Shown piece after piece: positions 1 through 6,695 of a DNA stretch of 6,695 nucleotides (positions within the stretch are counted from its first letter, which is position 1; each line of letters opens with the position of its first letter). Location of the stretch: the IMG/VR virus record IMGVR_UViG_648276656_000011. One strand, given 5' to 3'. The stretch comes from a virus. Lineage: Duplodnaviria; Heunggongvirae; Uroviricota; Caudoviricetes. The position numbers and the translations under genes are program-made. The notes under the pieces are model-generated. The model made no database searches, had not been told where the DNA came from, and saw only the letters and a list, made by a program, of their open reading frames with translations.

Positions 1-6
1 ACCCCC

Positions 7-27
7 AAAAAAAAAAAAAAAAAAAAA
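7..27. repeat. A21 homopolymer tract (T21 on minus strand)
   Basis: Direct reading: 21 consecutive A at 7-27, flanked by C5 (2-6) and C5 (28-32). Confidence 0.9.
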
Positions 28-50
28 CCCCCGCGGAGGGGGGGGTTTTT
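28..50. terminator. Probable bidirectional intrinsic terminator
   Basis: CCCCC(28-32)/GGGGG(38-45) stem with loop GCGGA, followed by T5 on the plus strand and preceded by A21 (a T21 tail for a minus-strand transcript such as cspF). Confidence 0.5.
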
Positions 51-335
51 GTGCTTTAGATAGGGTAATAGAGATGTTGAATCTCATTCCGGGATTCATG
101 TTTATTTACTTATTATTTATCGGGTGACTTTGCCTGATGTTTAAAATGTTTTCTTCCAGTACTATGTCCCTAGATACAATGAGTCTGCATATTACATTAT
201 TAGCAGAGCTATTACGGTCAAAGTACAGCATAAGCTTTTAAAGCCAATCAACCAGTCATCAAGACAGACGGGGTTATTCATGAAAACTCTCCATGTTTGA
301 TTCGATGGGGCCTGAAATTAAAGCTTTAATATAGC

Positions 336-548
336 TCATGAAAGGTAAACATTGGCAGCTGAAGGGCCACGCAGACCATTTATCCGGCAAAATTCCACGC
401 GTAATCCGGTGGTAATTTCTTCTGCATCGCGGAGATTGAGCGCTGAAACATGAAGCTGGACATCGATACGACCATCGGATGGGGTGATAAGACCCTTGCC
501 GCTTTTGCCGTCAAAGGTTTTGACAATTCCTGTCATTTTACGGGACAA
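336..548 (-). CDS. cspF: Cold-shock domain protein, CspF/CspH-type (70 aa)
   Basis: Translation [27 protein letters not shown]...[21 protein letters not shown] matches the CspF/CspH subfamily from memory. The first codon is TTG, 4-5 nt after an AAGGAA SD; an in-frame ATG sits four codons in (534-536). Divergent to cspB as in the Qin prophage. Confidence 0.85.
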
Positions 549-640
549 AAAAATTCCTTAATACTGATAACTGGGCGCACTATACACACGTTCCTGAAGA
601 AAGCTATAGTTTTTTGATGGGGTTGAAGATGGCTGGATGT

Positions 641-706
641 CTAAAATAAACATTGCTTCATATGTTCAACTATGCGTTAATGATTGCGTCGGTTTGAAGA
701 ACAGAC
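641..706 (+). promoter_or_regulatory. cspB promoter (UP-like AT tract, -35 TTGCTT, -10 GTTAAT) and cold-box-like 5'UTR start
   Basis: AT-rich 641-653, TTGCTT 654-659, 16-nt spacer, GTTAAT(G) 676-682, then GGTTTGAAGAACAGAC (691-706), which resembles the cspA 5'UTR start and cold box (GGTTTGACGTACAGAC from memory). Implies a ~160-nt 5'UTR typical of cspA-family genes. The same motif set recurs upstream of cspI. Confidence 0.55.
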
Positions 707-848
707 GATATACGAAGTAGTTTACTAAAGCAGTTCTCATTTCAGGTGTTATTCACTTATTCCTTCTTTGAGTCTCTCCAATTAAGTACGAAGTCGTTTC
801 TGTTATACAAGCCATTTATGCCGAAAGGCTCAAGTTAAGGAATGTAGA

Positions 849-1064
849 ATGTCAAATAAAATGACTGGTTTAGTAAAATGGTTTAACGCTGATAAAGGTT
901 TTGGCTTTATTTCTCCTGTTGATGGTAGTAAAGATGTGTTTGTGCATTTTTCTGCGATTCAGAATGATAATTTTCGAACCTTGTTTGAAGGTCAAAAGGT
1001 TACCTTCTCTGTAGAGAGTGGTGCTAAAGGTCCTGCAGCAGCAAATGTCATAATTACTGATTAA
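849..1064 (+). CDS. cspB: Cold-shock protein CspB (71 aa)
   Basis: [38 protein letters not shown]... is a classic CspA-family sequence with the RNP1 motif KGFGFI and RNP2 VFVHF. SD AAGGAA lies 8 nt upstream of the ATG. Confidence 0.9.
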   Translation: MSNKMTGLVKWFNADKGFGFISPVDGSKDVFVHFSAIQNDNFRTLFEGQKVTFSVESGAKGPAAANVIITD

Positions 1065-1345
1065 AATTCATAGTTTGTCTGTATACGATAACGAAGAAGG
1101 CTGATGCCTGAGTGGAGATACAGACAGAGTGGTGAATATTGGATCTCTTTAATAAATAGTAAGGAGGTCCAATACATGAAACAATGGCCAGCATATTTGG
1201 CAATAACTTAATCAGGAAAAGTATGCTAACCATTGTGGTGAAGTGCAGGTTTGCTGCATGAATAGTTTTACAGCAGAAGCTAACTGCTGGCATAGCAAAA
1301 CAAAGTGCGTAAGTGGATGACTCCCACAAAAAGTACCACAATATT

Positions 1346-1370
1346 AAACCCGCTCAGGCGGGTTTTTTAT
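1346..1370 (+). terminator. Rho-independent terminator (possibly bidirectional)
   Basis: AACCCGC (1347-1353), loop TCAG, GCGGGTT (1358-1364), then T6. It is ~280 nt after the cspB stop and ~60 nt beyond the convergent minus-strand zinc-ribbon ORF. Confidence 0.7.
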
Positions 1371-1427
1371 TATCTGCTTTAAATATGTTATTAAAATATA
1401 AAAAATACTTGTTACGAATAAAATCAA

Positions 1428-1598
1428 TCAAGCTACAGCTTTAAGATTTGTCTGGAATACTTTGTTGCAATGAGGGCAGATCAAAAGGGCACCTTTTTGT
1501 ACTCTTGAAAAACTGTGTTCTGACTCTTGGGTGCAGTTTGGGCAGGAACATTTAACGAGATAATTACGGCGTGATTTTGAGTCTTTACGTTCTGACAT
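1428..1598 (-). CDS. Small zinc-ribbon protein (56 aa, CxCPxC...CPHC), hypothetical
   Basis: The minus-strand ORF track gives 73 aa, but the internal ATG (plus-strand 1596-1598) has SD AGGAAAAG 6 nt upstream, whereas the first Met has none. Translation MSERKDSKSRRNYLVKCSCPNCTQESEHSFSRVQKGALLICPHCNKVFQTNLKAVA carries four Cys in a zinc-ribbon arrangement. Confidence 0.55.
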   Translation of the reverse strand: MSERKDSKSRRNYLVKCSCPNCTQESEHSFSRVQKGALLICPHCNKVFQTNLKAVA

Positions 1599-1607
1599 AG
1601 GCTTTTC

Positions 1608-1629
1608 CTGTATAAATGGCCGTATACAG
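1608..1629. promoter_or_regulatory. Perfect palindrome CTGTATA-N8-TATACAG abutting the RBS of the zinc-ribbon gene
   Basis: Direct reading: ctgtata (1608-1614), aatggccg, tatacag (1623-1629). Either an operator for a dimeric DNA-binding protein or an mRNA hairpin next to the SD. Confidence 0.5.
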
Positions 1630-1816
1630 TACACTAAATATGAAAACATATCTCGTATTATTATTTAATATATGATTTTCTTTTAAAATAATTACCCACA
1701 TTTTTAATGTGTCTGTTTTTTAGCGCCGTTGAGAACAACGTTTGCTATAAAAACTAACCCATAGACTCCGATCTTTTCAAACATATTGCACCATCTGTGT
1801 ACATCGGGGTGAGGAT

Positions 1817-2032
1817 ATGAAATCAATGGATAAGTTAACAACAGGTATCGCCTATGGCACATCGGCTGGTAATGCTGGTTTCTGGGCATTGCAGTTACTC
1901 GATAAAGTAACTCCGTCACAGTGGGCTGCAATCGGTGTGCTGGGTAGTCTGGTTTTTGGCCTGCTGACGTATCTGACAAACCTTTATTTCAAGATTAAAG
2001 AAGACAGGCGTAAGGTTGCGAGAAGAGAGTAA
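1817..2032 (+). CDS. essQ: Class II holin / pinholin, phage-21 S-type, with dual-start motif (71 aa)
   Basis: [71 protein letters not shown] closely resembles the S21 pinholin from memory. The Met1-Lys-Ser-Met4 start fits the antiholin/holin dual-start arrangement. Strong SD GGGGTGAGGA upstream. Positioned as in Qin (cspB - essQ - ydfR - rrrQ). Confidence 0.85.
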   Translation: MKSMDKLTTGIAYGTSAGNAGFWALQLLDKVTPSQWAAIGVLGSLVFGLLTYLTNLYFKIKEDRRKVARRE

Positions 2033-2036
2033 TCCA

Positions 2037-2588
2037 ATGACACAAGACTATGAACTGGTTGTGAAAGGAGTCCGCAATTTTGAGAATAAAGTGGCGGTAA
2101 CTGTAGCCTTACGGGACAAAAAACGCTTTGACGGTGAAATTTTTGACCTGGACATCTCGCTGGACCGTGTTGAAGGTGCCGCGCTGGAGTTTTATGAGGC
2201 AGCAGCCAGAATGAGAATCAGACAGGTATTCCTGGATGTTGCTGCCGGGTTATGTGTAGGGGATGAGCAGTCGCTGGAAAAGCGCCCCATAATTTTAGAG
2301 GCGCAGAATGTGTGGATAACCTACAAAGGAAAGCTACCGGGAAGAATTACTGGTTCTCTGAAGACGCCACCGACGGCATTGCGGTCAGAAAAAGATGATA
2401 TTGAATCGCCCATTGAAAAACTGGAGGGCAGCGTCGCTGATCTGAATAAAAAATTGTCGGTGCTGATCCCTTCTGAAGATGAAAAAAAACGCCGCGATGA
2501 GCAGTTTGCGGCGTTTTACGATTATTGCATTGAAGTTACTCGCAGGAATTTTGTGAAGATTTTTGAGGAGGGTAAATCTCTTCAGTAA
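2037..2588 (+). CDS. ydfR: YdfR-family lysis-cassette protein with a long C-terminal extension (183 aa from ATG 2037)
   Basis: The tracked ORF starts at TTG 2016 inside the holin gene; the ATG at 2037 lies 4 nt after the holin stop and gives MTQDYELVVKGVRNFENKV..., which I recognise as the N-terminus of Qin YdfR (recalled as DUF1327, ~100 aa in K-12). Here the frame stays open to 183 aa. Its antisense frame is Phe-rich junk, supporting plus-strand coding. Confidence 0.65.
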   Translation: MTQDYELVVKGVRNFENKVAVTVALRDKKRFDGEIFDLDISLDRVEGAALEFYEAAARMRIRQVFLDVAAGLCVGDEQSLEKRPIILEAQNVWITYKGKLPGRITGSLKTPPTALRSEKDDIESPIEKLEGSVADLNKKLSVLIPSEDEKKRRDEQFAAFYDYCIEVTRRNFVKIFEEGKSLQ

Positions 2589-2796
2589 GCTTAATGGCGG
2601 ACGCTGCAATTAATTCAGGAAGGTCCGCAAGGTCATCTGTCAGTGGATATGATGAAAAATCGGCGGCAGTTCTGTTAAGAAGCGCTTTAACTAATTCCTT
2701 TTCCTTCTCCGGCAACAAGTTGATTAGAGCTACGACTGCTTGCCTGAGTGCGATTAAATCAGCAAAAGTTTGTTTTGGTAGATTTGTGTAATCCAT
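2536..2796 (-). CDS. Hypothetical small acidic protein (86 aa), convergent with and overlapping the ydfR-like 3' end
   Basis: ATG at plus-strand 2794-2796 is preceded on the minus strand by AGAGGTGA with a 5-nt spacer. Translation MDYTNLPKQTFADLIALRQAVVALINLLPEKEKELVKALLNRTAADFSSYPLTDDLADLPELIAASAIKLTEEIYPPQKSSQNSCE is helix-like and acidic with no signal peptide. The overlapping plus-frame ORF 2594..2791 looks less protein-like. Confidence 0.5.
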   Translation of the reverse strand: MDYTNLPKQTFADLIALRQAVVALINLLPEKEKELVKALLNRTAADFSSYPLTDDLADLPELIAASAIKLTEEIYPPQKSSQNSCE

Positions 2797-2909
2797 AGTC
2801 ACCTCTGTGTTTATCAGATTGACATCCTCCTCCCGCCAGTGCCCATCACTGGTGAGGTAAGATTTAACATATCCGGGGATTTGAAGCCGATAAATCCTGA
2901 TAAATATCC

Positions 2910-3937
<1,028 letters not shown>

Positions 3938-4094
3938 ATTAATATTAAATCGGATTATTTTTAGCGCTGAATGTGAAATTTAAATAAAAAGGACTCTTCC
4001 ATGAGTCAAAATCCTTGAAATCTTAAGGGTAAGATAAAAGGTCATTAGACAGAATGACACGTTTTATTAATAAATAAAGCTATTGTTTCATTCG

Positions 4095-4170
4095 TGTGTT
4101 TTTCTTTACAAAAGTAATCCTTGCTATGGTTGGTTAATCATGCGTTAATGGTGTTCTGGTTTGTTACAAA
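4095..4170 (+). promoter_or_regulatory. cspI promoter and cold-box-like 5'UTR start
   Basis: AT-rich 4095-4120, TTGCTA 4121-4126, 17-nt spacer, GTTAATG 4144-4150, then CTGGTTTGTTACAAA. Parallels the cspB upstream region (shared ATGCGTTAATG...GGTTTG). Confidence 0.5.
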
Positions 4171-4300
4171 ATTATCTGAAGCAGTCATTGTTATAATTTT
4201 ATTATTTGTACCTCTTGAGATTTCCTTGTTGGTTTTTCTCTCTGATATTTTTTTTCGGACCATTCTGCCCAAGGGCTAACTTCTTCAAAAGGTAATAATG

Positions 4301-4513
4301 ATGTTTAACAAAATGACTGGTTTAGTGAAATGGTTTAACCCTGAAAAAGGTTTTGGTTTCATCACGCCGAAAGATGGTAGCAAAGATGTGTTTGTGCATT
4401 TCTCAGCTATTCAGAGCAACGATTTCAAAACGTTAACTGAGAATCAGGAAGTCGAATTTGGTATTGAGAACGGACCTAAAGGCCCTGCAGCTGTTCATGT
4501 AGTGGCACTTTGA
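4301..4513 (+). CDS. cspI: Cold-shock protein CspI (70 aa from the second ATG)
   Basis: [70 protein letters not shown] matches CspI from memory. Tandem ATGs at 4298 and 4301; AAGG lies 6 or 9 nt upstream. Confidence 0.9.
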   Translation: MFNKMTGLVKWFNPEKGFGFITPKDGSKDVFVHFSAIQSNDFKTLTENQEVEFGIENGPKGPAAVHVVAL

Positions 4514-4717
4514 GGTAGAAAATATTACAAACCATATTCACTTTAGATGCCCGTGTTGCCATGGTTCTCAGTATAGAACATCATCTTTTGATGTTTCTGA
4601 CAGAAATCCTTTCGGGGCAAAATGTATCTTTTGTAAATCAATGATGATTACATTTGATAATATTTCACAATACTTAAATGTTAGCCATCTGTCGTTAGAT
4701 TTAAGAAAGTGAAAATG

Positions 4718-4741
4718 AAGGCTCCTTCGGGAGCTTTTTTG
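4718..4741 (+). terminator. Rho-independent terminator with UUCG tetraloop
   Basis: GCTCC (4721-4725), TTCG, GGAGC (4730-4734), then T6 (4735-4740); ~200 nt downstream of cspI. Confidence 0.8.
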
Positions 4742-4784
4742 CTTAGTGTCTAGTCGATGGATACTCACATATTACGGTAACATT

Positions 4785-5015
4785 ATGAAAAAAATAATAG
4801 TTTTTTTTAACTCTGAACCAGCAATGGTAGTGCCAGTGATGACCGGAGTTAACACCATCATGCGTGAATATCCAAATGGCGAAACAACACACCTCACTGT
4901 AATGGCTGCAGGGTTTCCATCTCTGACCGGAGATCATAAAGTCATTTATGTAGCAGCGGATCGACATGTAACTTCAGAAGAAATTCTGGAAGCAGCAATG
5001 AGACTCTTGAATTGA
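4785..5015 (+). CDS. ynfN: YmcE/YnfN-like small cold-shock-associated protein (76 aa from ATG 4785; start uncertain)
   Basis: Open frame 4746..5015 with several candidate starts: GTG 4746 (89 aa), ATG 4785 (76 aa), ATG 4860 (51 aa). None has a strong SD. The position between cspI and gnsB matches ynfN in Qin, and 76 aa would match the YmcE paralogue length from memory. Confidence 0.5.
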   Translation: MKKIIVFFNSEPAMVVPVMTGVNTIMREYPNGETTHLTVMAAGFPSLTGDHKVIYVAADRHVTSEEILEAAMRLLN

Positions 5016-5144
5016 TTTGATTCTAATGCATTGATAATAAATGATAATCATCTTTATCTGTTTGTGTGAAATTTAGACCGTCGTATGTTGATTATTGCGA
5101 TGTTTCATCTTATCTTTTATACGTTTGCTCCATATAATTGACAC

Positions 5145-5164
5145 TACTGTGTACCAGGACAGTC
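5145..5164. promoter_or_regulatory. SOS-box-like motif TACTGT-N8-ACAGTC between a TATAAT hexamer and the gnsB RBS
   Basis: taCTGTgtaccaggACAGtc fits the CTGT-N8-ACAG core of the E. coli LexA box, though the spacer is GC-richer than consensus. TATAAT at 5133-5138 lies just upstream. Confidence 0.35.
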
Positions 5165-5187
5165 ATAACAGACTAAAAGAGGAAATG

Positions 5188-5361
5188 ATGAACATTGAAG
5201 AGTTAAAAACAAAAACAGAAGCAGATATTTCTGAATATATAACAAAAAAAATCATTGAGCTTAAGAAAAAGACCGGGAAAGAAGTTACCAGTATCCAGTT
5301 TACTGCACGGGAAAAAATGACTGGTCTTGAAAGCTATGATATCAAGATTGATTTAATCTAG
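5188..5361 (+). CDS. gnsB: GnsA/GnsB-family small protein (57 aa)
   Basis: MNIEELKTKTEADISEYITKKIIELKKKTGKEVTSIQFTAREKMTGLESYDIKIDLI resembles GnsA/GnsB from memory (MNIEELKK...FTAREKMTGLESYD). SD AAGAGG lies 5 nt before ATG 5188. The tracked ORF 5095..5361 is a 5' over-extension. Confidence 0.8.
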   Translation: MNIEELKTKTEADISEYITKKIIELKKKTGKEVTSIQFTAREKMTGLESYDIKIDLI

Positions 5362-5425
5362 CATGTTTATAGTATTAGCATCAATTTCTCATCAGATGCT
5401 ATTCAACAATACAAATTACCCATAA

Positions 5426-5449
5426 ACCTCGTTTTTACGGGGTTTTGTT
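5426..5449 (+). terminator. Weak candidate terminator after gnsB
   Basis: CCTCG, loop TTTTTA, CGGGG (one G-U pair), followed by TTTTGTT. Confidence 0.35.
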
Positions 5450-5656
5450 ATATTTAAACATTACCGAATAGATATAAATCTCGATTGTCAATGGTATTGG
5501 TTGTGTGACAATACCTAGTCTTTCCGGTATGCCTGAAGAGAATACAAACGACAGATTATGTAAGGGAAACGCGCTGAAACTTTCACTCTTTCATGCTGAG
5601 TGATTTGACGTTATATTTTTAGCCGCAAGTGAAGAGCAAACGAATGGAGCGACAAA

Positions 5657-5863
5657 ATGCATAAAGATCAATACACTGATGCCCCCTCCCAGGAGCAGGT
5701 TCGTGTAAAAACTATGCTTAATAGCACCATTTCGATGGGTTACCCGGATGTTGTAATTGCATGTATAGAACATCAAGTATCTCTGGAAGCATTCAGGGCA
5801 ATTGAGGCCGCGTTAGTAAAGCACGATAAGAATACGAAGGATTATTCCCTGGTGGTTGACTGA
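5657..5863 (+). CDS. Hypothetical small prophage protein (68 aa)
   Basis: ATG 5657 with GGAG 7 nt upstream. [68 protein letters not shown] has protein-like composition. It sits where ydfO lies in Qin but is much shorter; it may correspond to a YbcW-like 68-aa prophage protein (uncertain recollection). Confidence 0.5.
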   Translation: MHKDQYTDAPSQEQVRVKTMLNSTISMGYPDVVIACIEHQVSLEAFRAIEAALVKHDKNTKDYSLVVD

Positions 5864-5898
5864 TCACCATAACTGCTAACCATTCTGACCATTTCACA

Positions 5899-5929
5899 AG
5901 TGACAGAGTCAATATCGTATTCTGTCACT
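5899..5929. repeat. Perfect 9-bp inverted repeat AGTGACAGA-N13-TCTGTCACT
   Basis: Direct reading: agtgacaga (5899-5907) and tctgtcact (5921-5929). No T-tract follows, so it is not a classical intrinsic terminator. Confidence 0.8.
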
Positions 5930-6228
5930 GTAAGGCTAATACAGTACTGCAATTCAACTACAGCAATGCCTCGTATTTAGGTGAATTTACAATATCGTCC
6001 AGTTCGGATGCCGGCTGCATTTCTGAAGATAAGGCATTTCGGTTCGCGTATTTTCCCCTCATGCTCGTCAGTCCTGCGCGTAGTAAGAAACAGGACACTC
6101 ACACTAATTTGTGTGGGCATGCTGTGATGTCCTTCTGAATTATCCCCATGCCATTATGTAACGCTCTGTTTCAGATGCTCGTCACGGTTGTCAGGCTGTC
6201 GGGTCCTCCCAGTGGGGGTCCCTGCCAC

Positions 6229-6246
6229 GGGGCGGGAGCGTCGCGG
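6229..6246. other. cosN-like GC-rich segment (putative cohesive-end site)
   Basis: GGGGCGGGAGCGTCGCGG followed by an AT-rich stretch resembles the lambda cosN neighbourhood (GGGCGGCGACCTCGCGG then tttcgctattt, from memory). It lies ~170 bp upstream of the terminase-small-subunit-like gene, matching the cosN-cosB-Nu1 layout. Confidence 0.4.
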
Positions 6247-6321
6247 AAAAAGGCTAGTTTTTGCATTTTTATCGGCCACCATCATCTTTGCATCTTATTG
6301 ATTATTAATGGTTGTTTGTTT

Positions 6322-6390
6322 TTTGTATGTCGAATTGAGTGTTTTTTGTTCGACATCGAACGCGTTTTCTTAAAGTTGTTCGCACGATGC
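6322..6390. promoter_or_regulatory. Three TTGT(A/T)(T/C)G..CGA repeats; candidate cosB-type small-terminase binding sites
   Basis: ttgtatgtcgaa (6322-6333), ttgttcgacatcgaa (6347-6361, which includes the small palindrome TTCGA-ca-TCGAA), and ttgttcgcacgat (6376-6388), just upstream of the HTH gene at 6416. Confidence 0.35.
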
Positions 6391-6415
6391 ATGTTTAAAG
6401 CTCTCCGGAGGAAAT

Positions 6416-6640
6416 ATGGATCATGAGTTGAAAAACCTGGTGCTGAATATTAATCAACTGGCGGCTTTATCTGGTCTGCACCGCCAGACTGTCGTGGCAA
6501 GACTGAAAAACATTCGTCCCGCTGGTGGACATGACAAACTCAAGCTATACCGGTTGACCGATATTCTGACTGAATTTATGGGGTTACCACCGCCGGTTGC
6601 TGAGGGCGAAATGGATCCACATGAACGCAAAGCCTGGTAA
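6416..6640 (+). CDS. Terminase small subunit-like HTH DNA-packaging protein (NohQ/Nu1 position), 74 aa, possibly truncated
   Basis: SD GGAGGA 4 nt before the ATG. LVLNINQLAALSGLHRQTVVARLKN looks like an N-terminal helix-turn-helix. Location immediately after the cos-like region. A TAA at 6638-6640 is followed by a frame that stays open to the window end. Confidence 0.55.
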   Translation: MDHELKNLVLNINQLAALSGLHRQTVVARLKNIRPAGGHDKLKLYRLTDILTEFMGLPPPVAEGEMDPHERKAW

Positions 6641-6695
6641 CAGCGCACAGGCGGCAGCGTCCTCGCAGACTGCATCGGCAAACTCCGCGACAGCA

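Noticed and set aside
1054-1341. 95-aa minus-strand ORF spanning the cspB 3' region
   Set aside because: Begins with TTG, has no SD, overlaps the cspB stop and runs up to the terminator stem; the sequence is hydrophobic and low-complexity. Most likely an antisense or chance ORF.
1704-1979. 91-aa minus-strand ORF antisense to the holin gene
   Set aside because: Overlaps the well-supported holin CDS on the opposite strand and has no recognisable features.
2385-2609. 74-aa minus-strand ORF inside the ydfR-like gene
   Set aside because: Phe/Ile/Arg-rich translation typical of the antisense of a Lys/Glu-rich coding region.
2594-2791. 65-aa plus-strand ORF between the ydfR-like gene and the endolysin
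   Set aside because: Ser/Arg-rich, with no convincing RBS; it is the antisense of the better-supported minus-strand 86-aa ORF.
4568-4768. 66-aa minus-strand ORF downstream of cspI
   Set aside because: Runs through the strong UUCG terminator hairpin and has no RBS.
4743-4967. 74-aa minus-strand ORF antisense to the ynfN/ymcE-like gene
   Set aside because: Cys/His/Trp-rich and implausible; overlaps the plus-strand gene that fits Qin gene order.
5095-5187. N-terminal extension of gnsB (tracked ORF starts at 5095)
   Set aside because: The GnsA/B-family N-terminus MNIEEL starts at 5188 with AAGAGG 5 nt upstream; the extension lies in the promoter region.
5591-5776. 61-aa minus-strand ORF antisense to the 68-aa gene
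   Set aside because: No RBS and low-complexity sequence.
6148-6426. 92-aa plus-strand ORF across the cos-like region
   Set aside because: Crosses the GC-rich cos-like segment and the repeat region; Cys/Phe-rich translation with no RBS. This interval is better explained as a non-coding packaging site.
6454-6681. 75-aa minus-strand ORF antisense to the terminase-like gene
   Set aside because: Antisense to an ORF that has a strong SD and an HTH motif.

Overview
This window reads as a segment of a Qin-like lambdoid prophage from an E. coli-type enterobacterium; all homology calls are from memory of protein families and gene order, not from a search. Left to right: a bidirectional terminator with an A21 tract; divergent cold-shock genes cspF (-) and cspB (+) with a cspA-like promoter and cold box; a small zinc-ribbon gene on the minus strand; a phage-21-type lysis cassette (dual-start pinholin, YdfR-family protein, SAR endolysin with an E35-D44-T50 triad, Rz with an embedded lipoprotein Rz1); a third cold-shock paralog cspI; a ymcE/ynfN-like plus gnsB small-protein pair; a 68-aa hypothetical; then a GC-rich cos-like region with direct repeats and the start of a terminase-small-subunit-like HTH gene. 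No rRNA, tRNA, CRISPR array or IS element was seen. The best candidates for something undescribed are (1) an 86-aa acidic ORF with a strong SD on the opposite strand, wedged between the YdfR-like gene and the endolysin and overlapping the 3' end of an unusually long YdfR-like protein, and (2) the 56-aa zinc-ribbon gene with a perfect palindrome abutting its ribosome-binding site. Smaller observations include an SOS-box-like motif in front of gnsB and csp paralog repeats flanking the lysis cassette.
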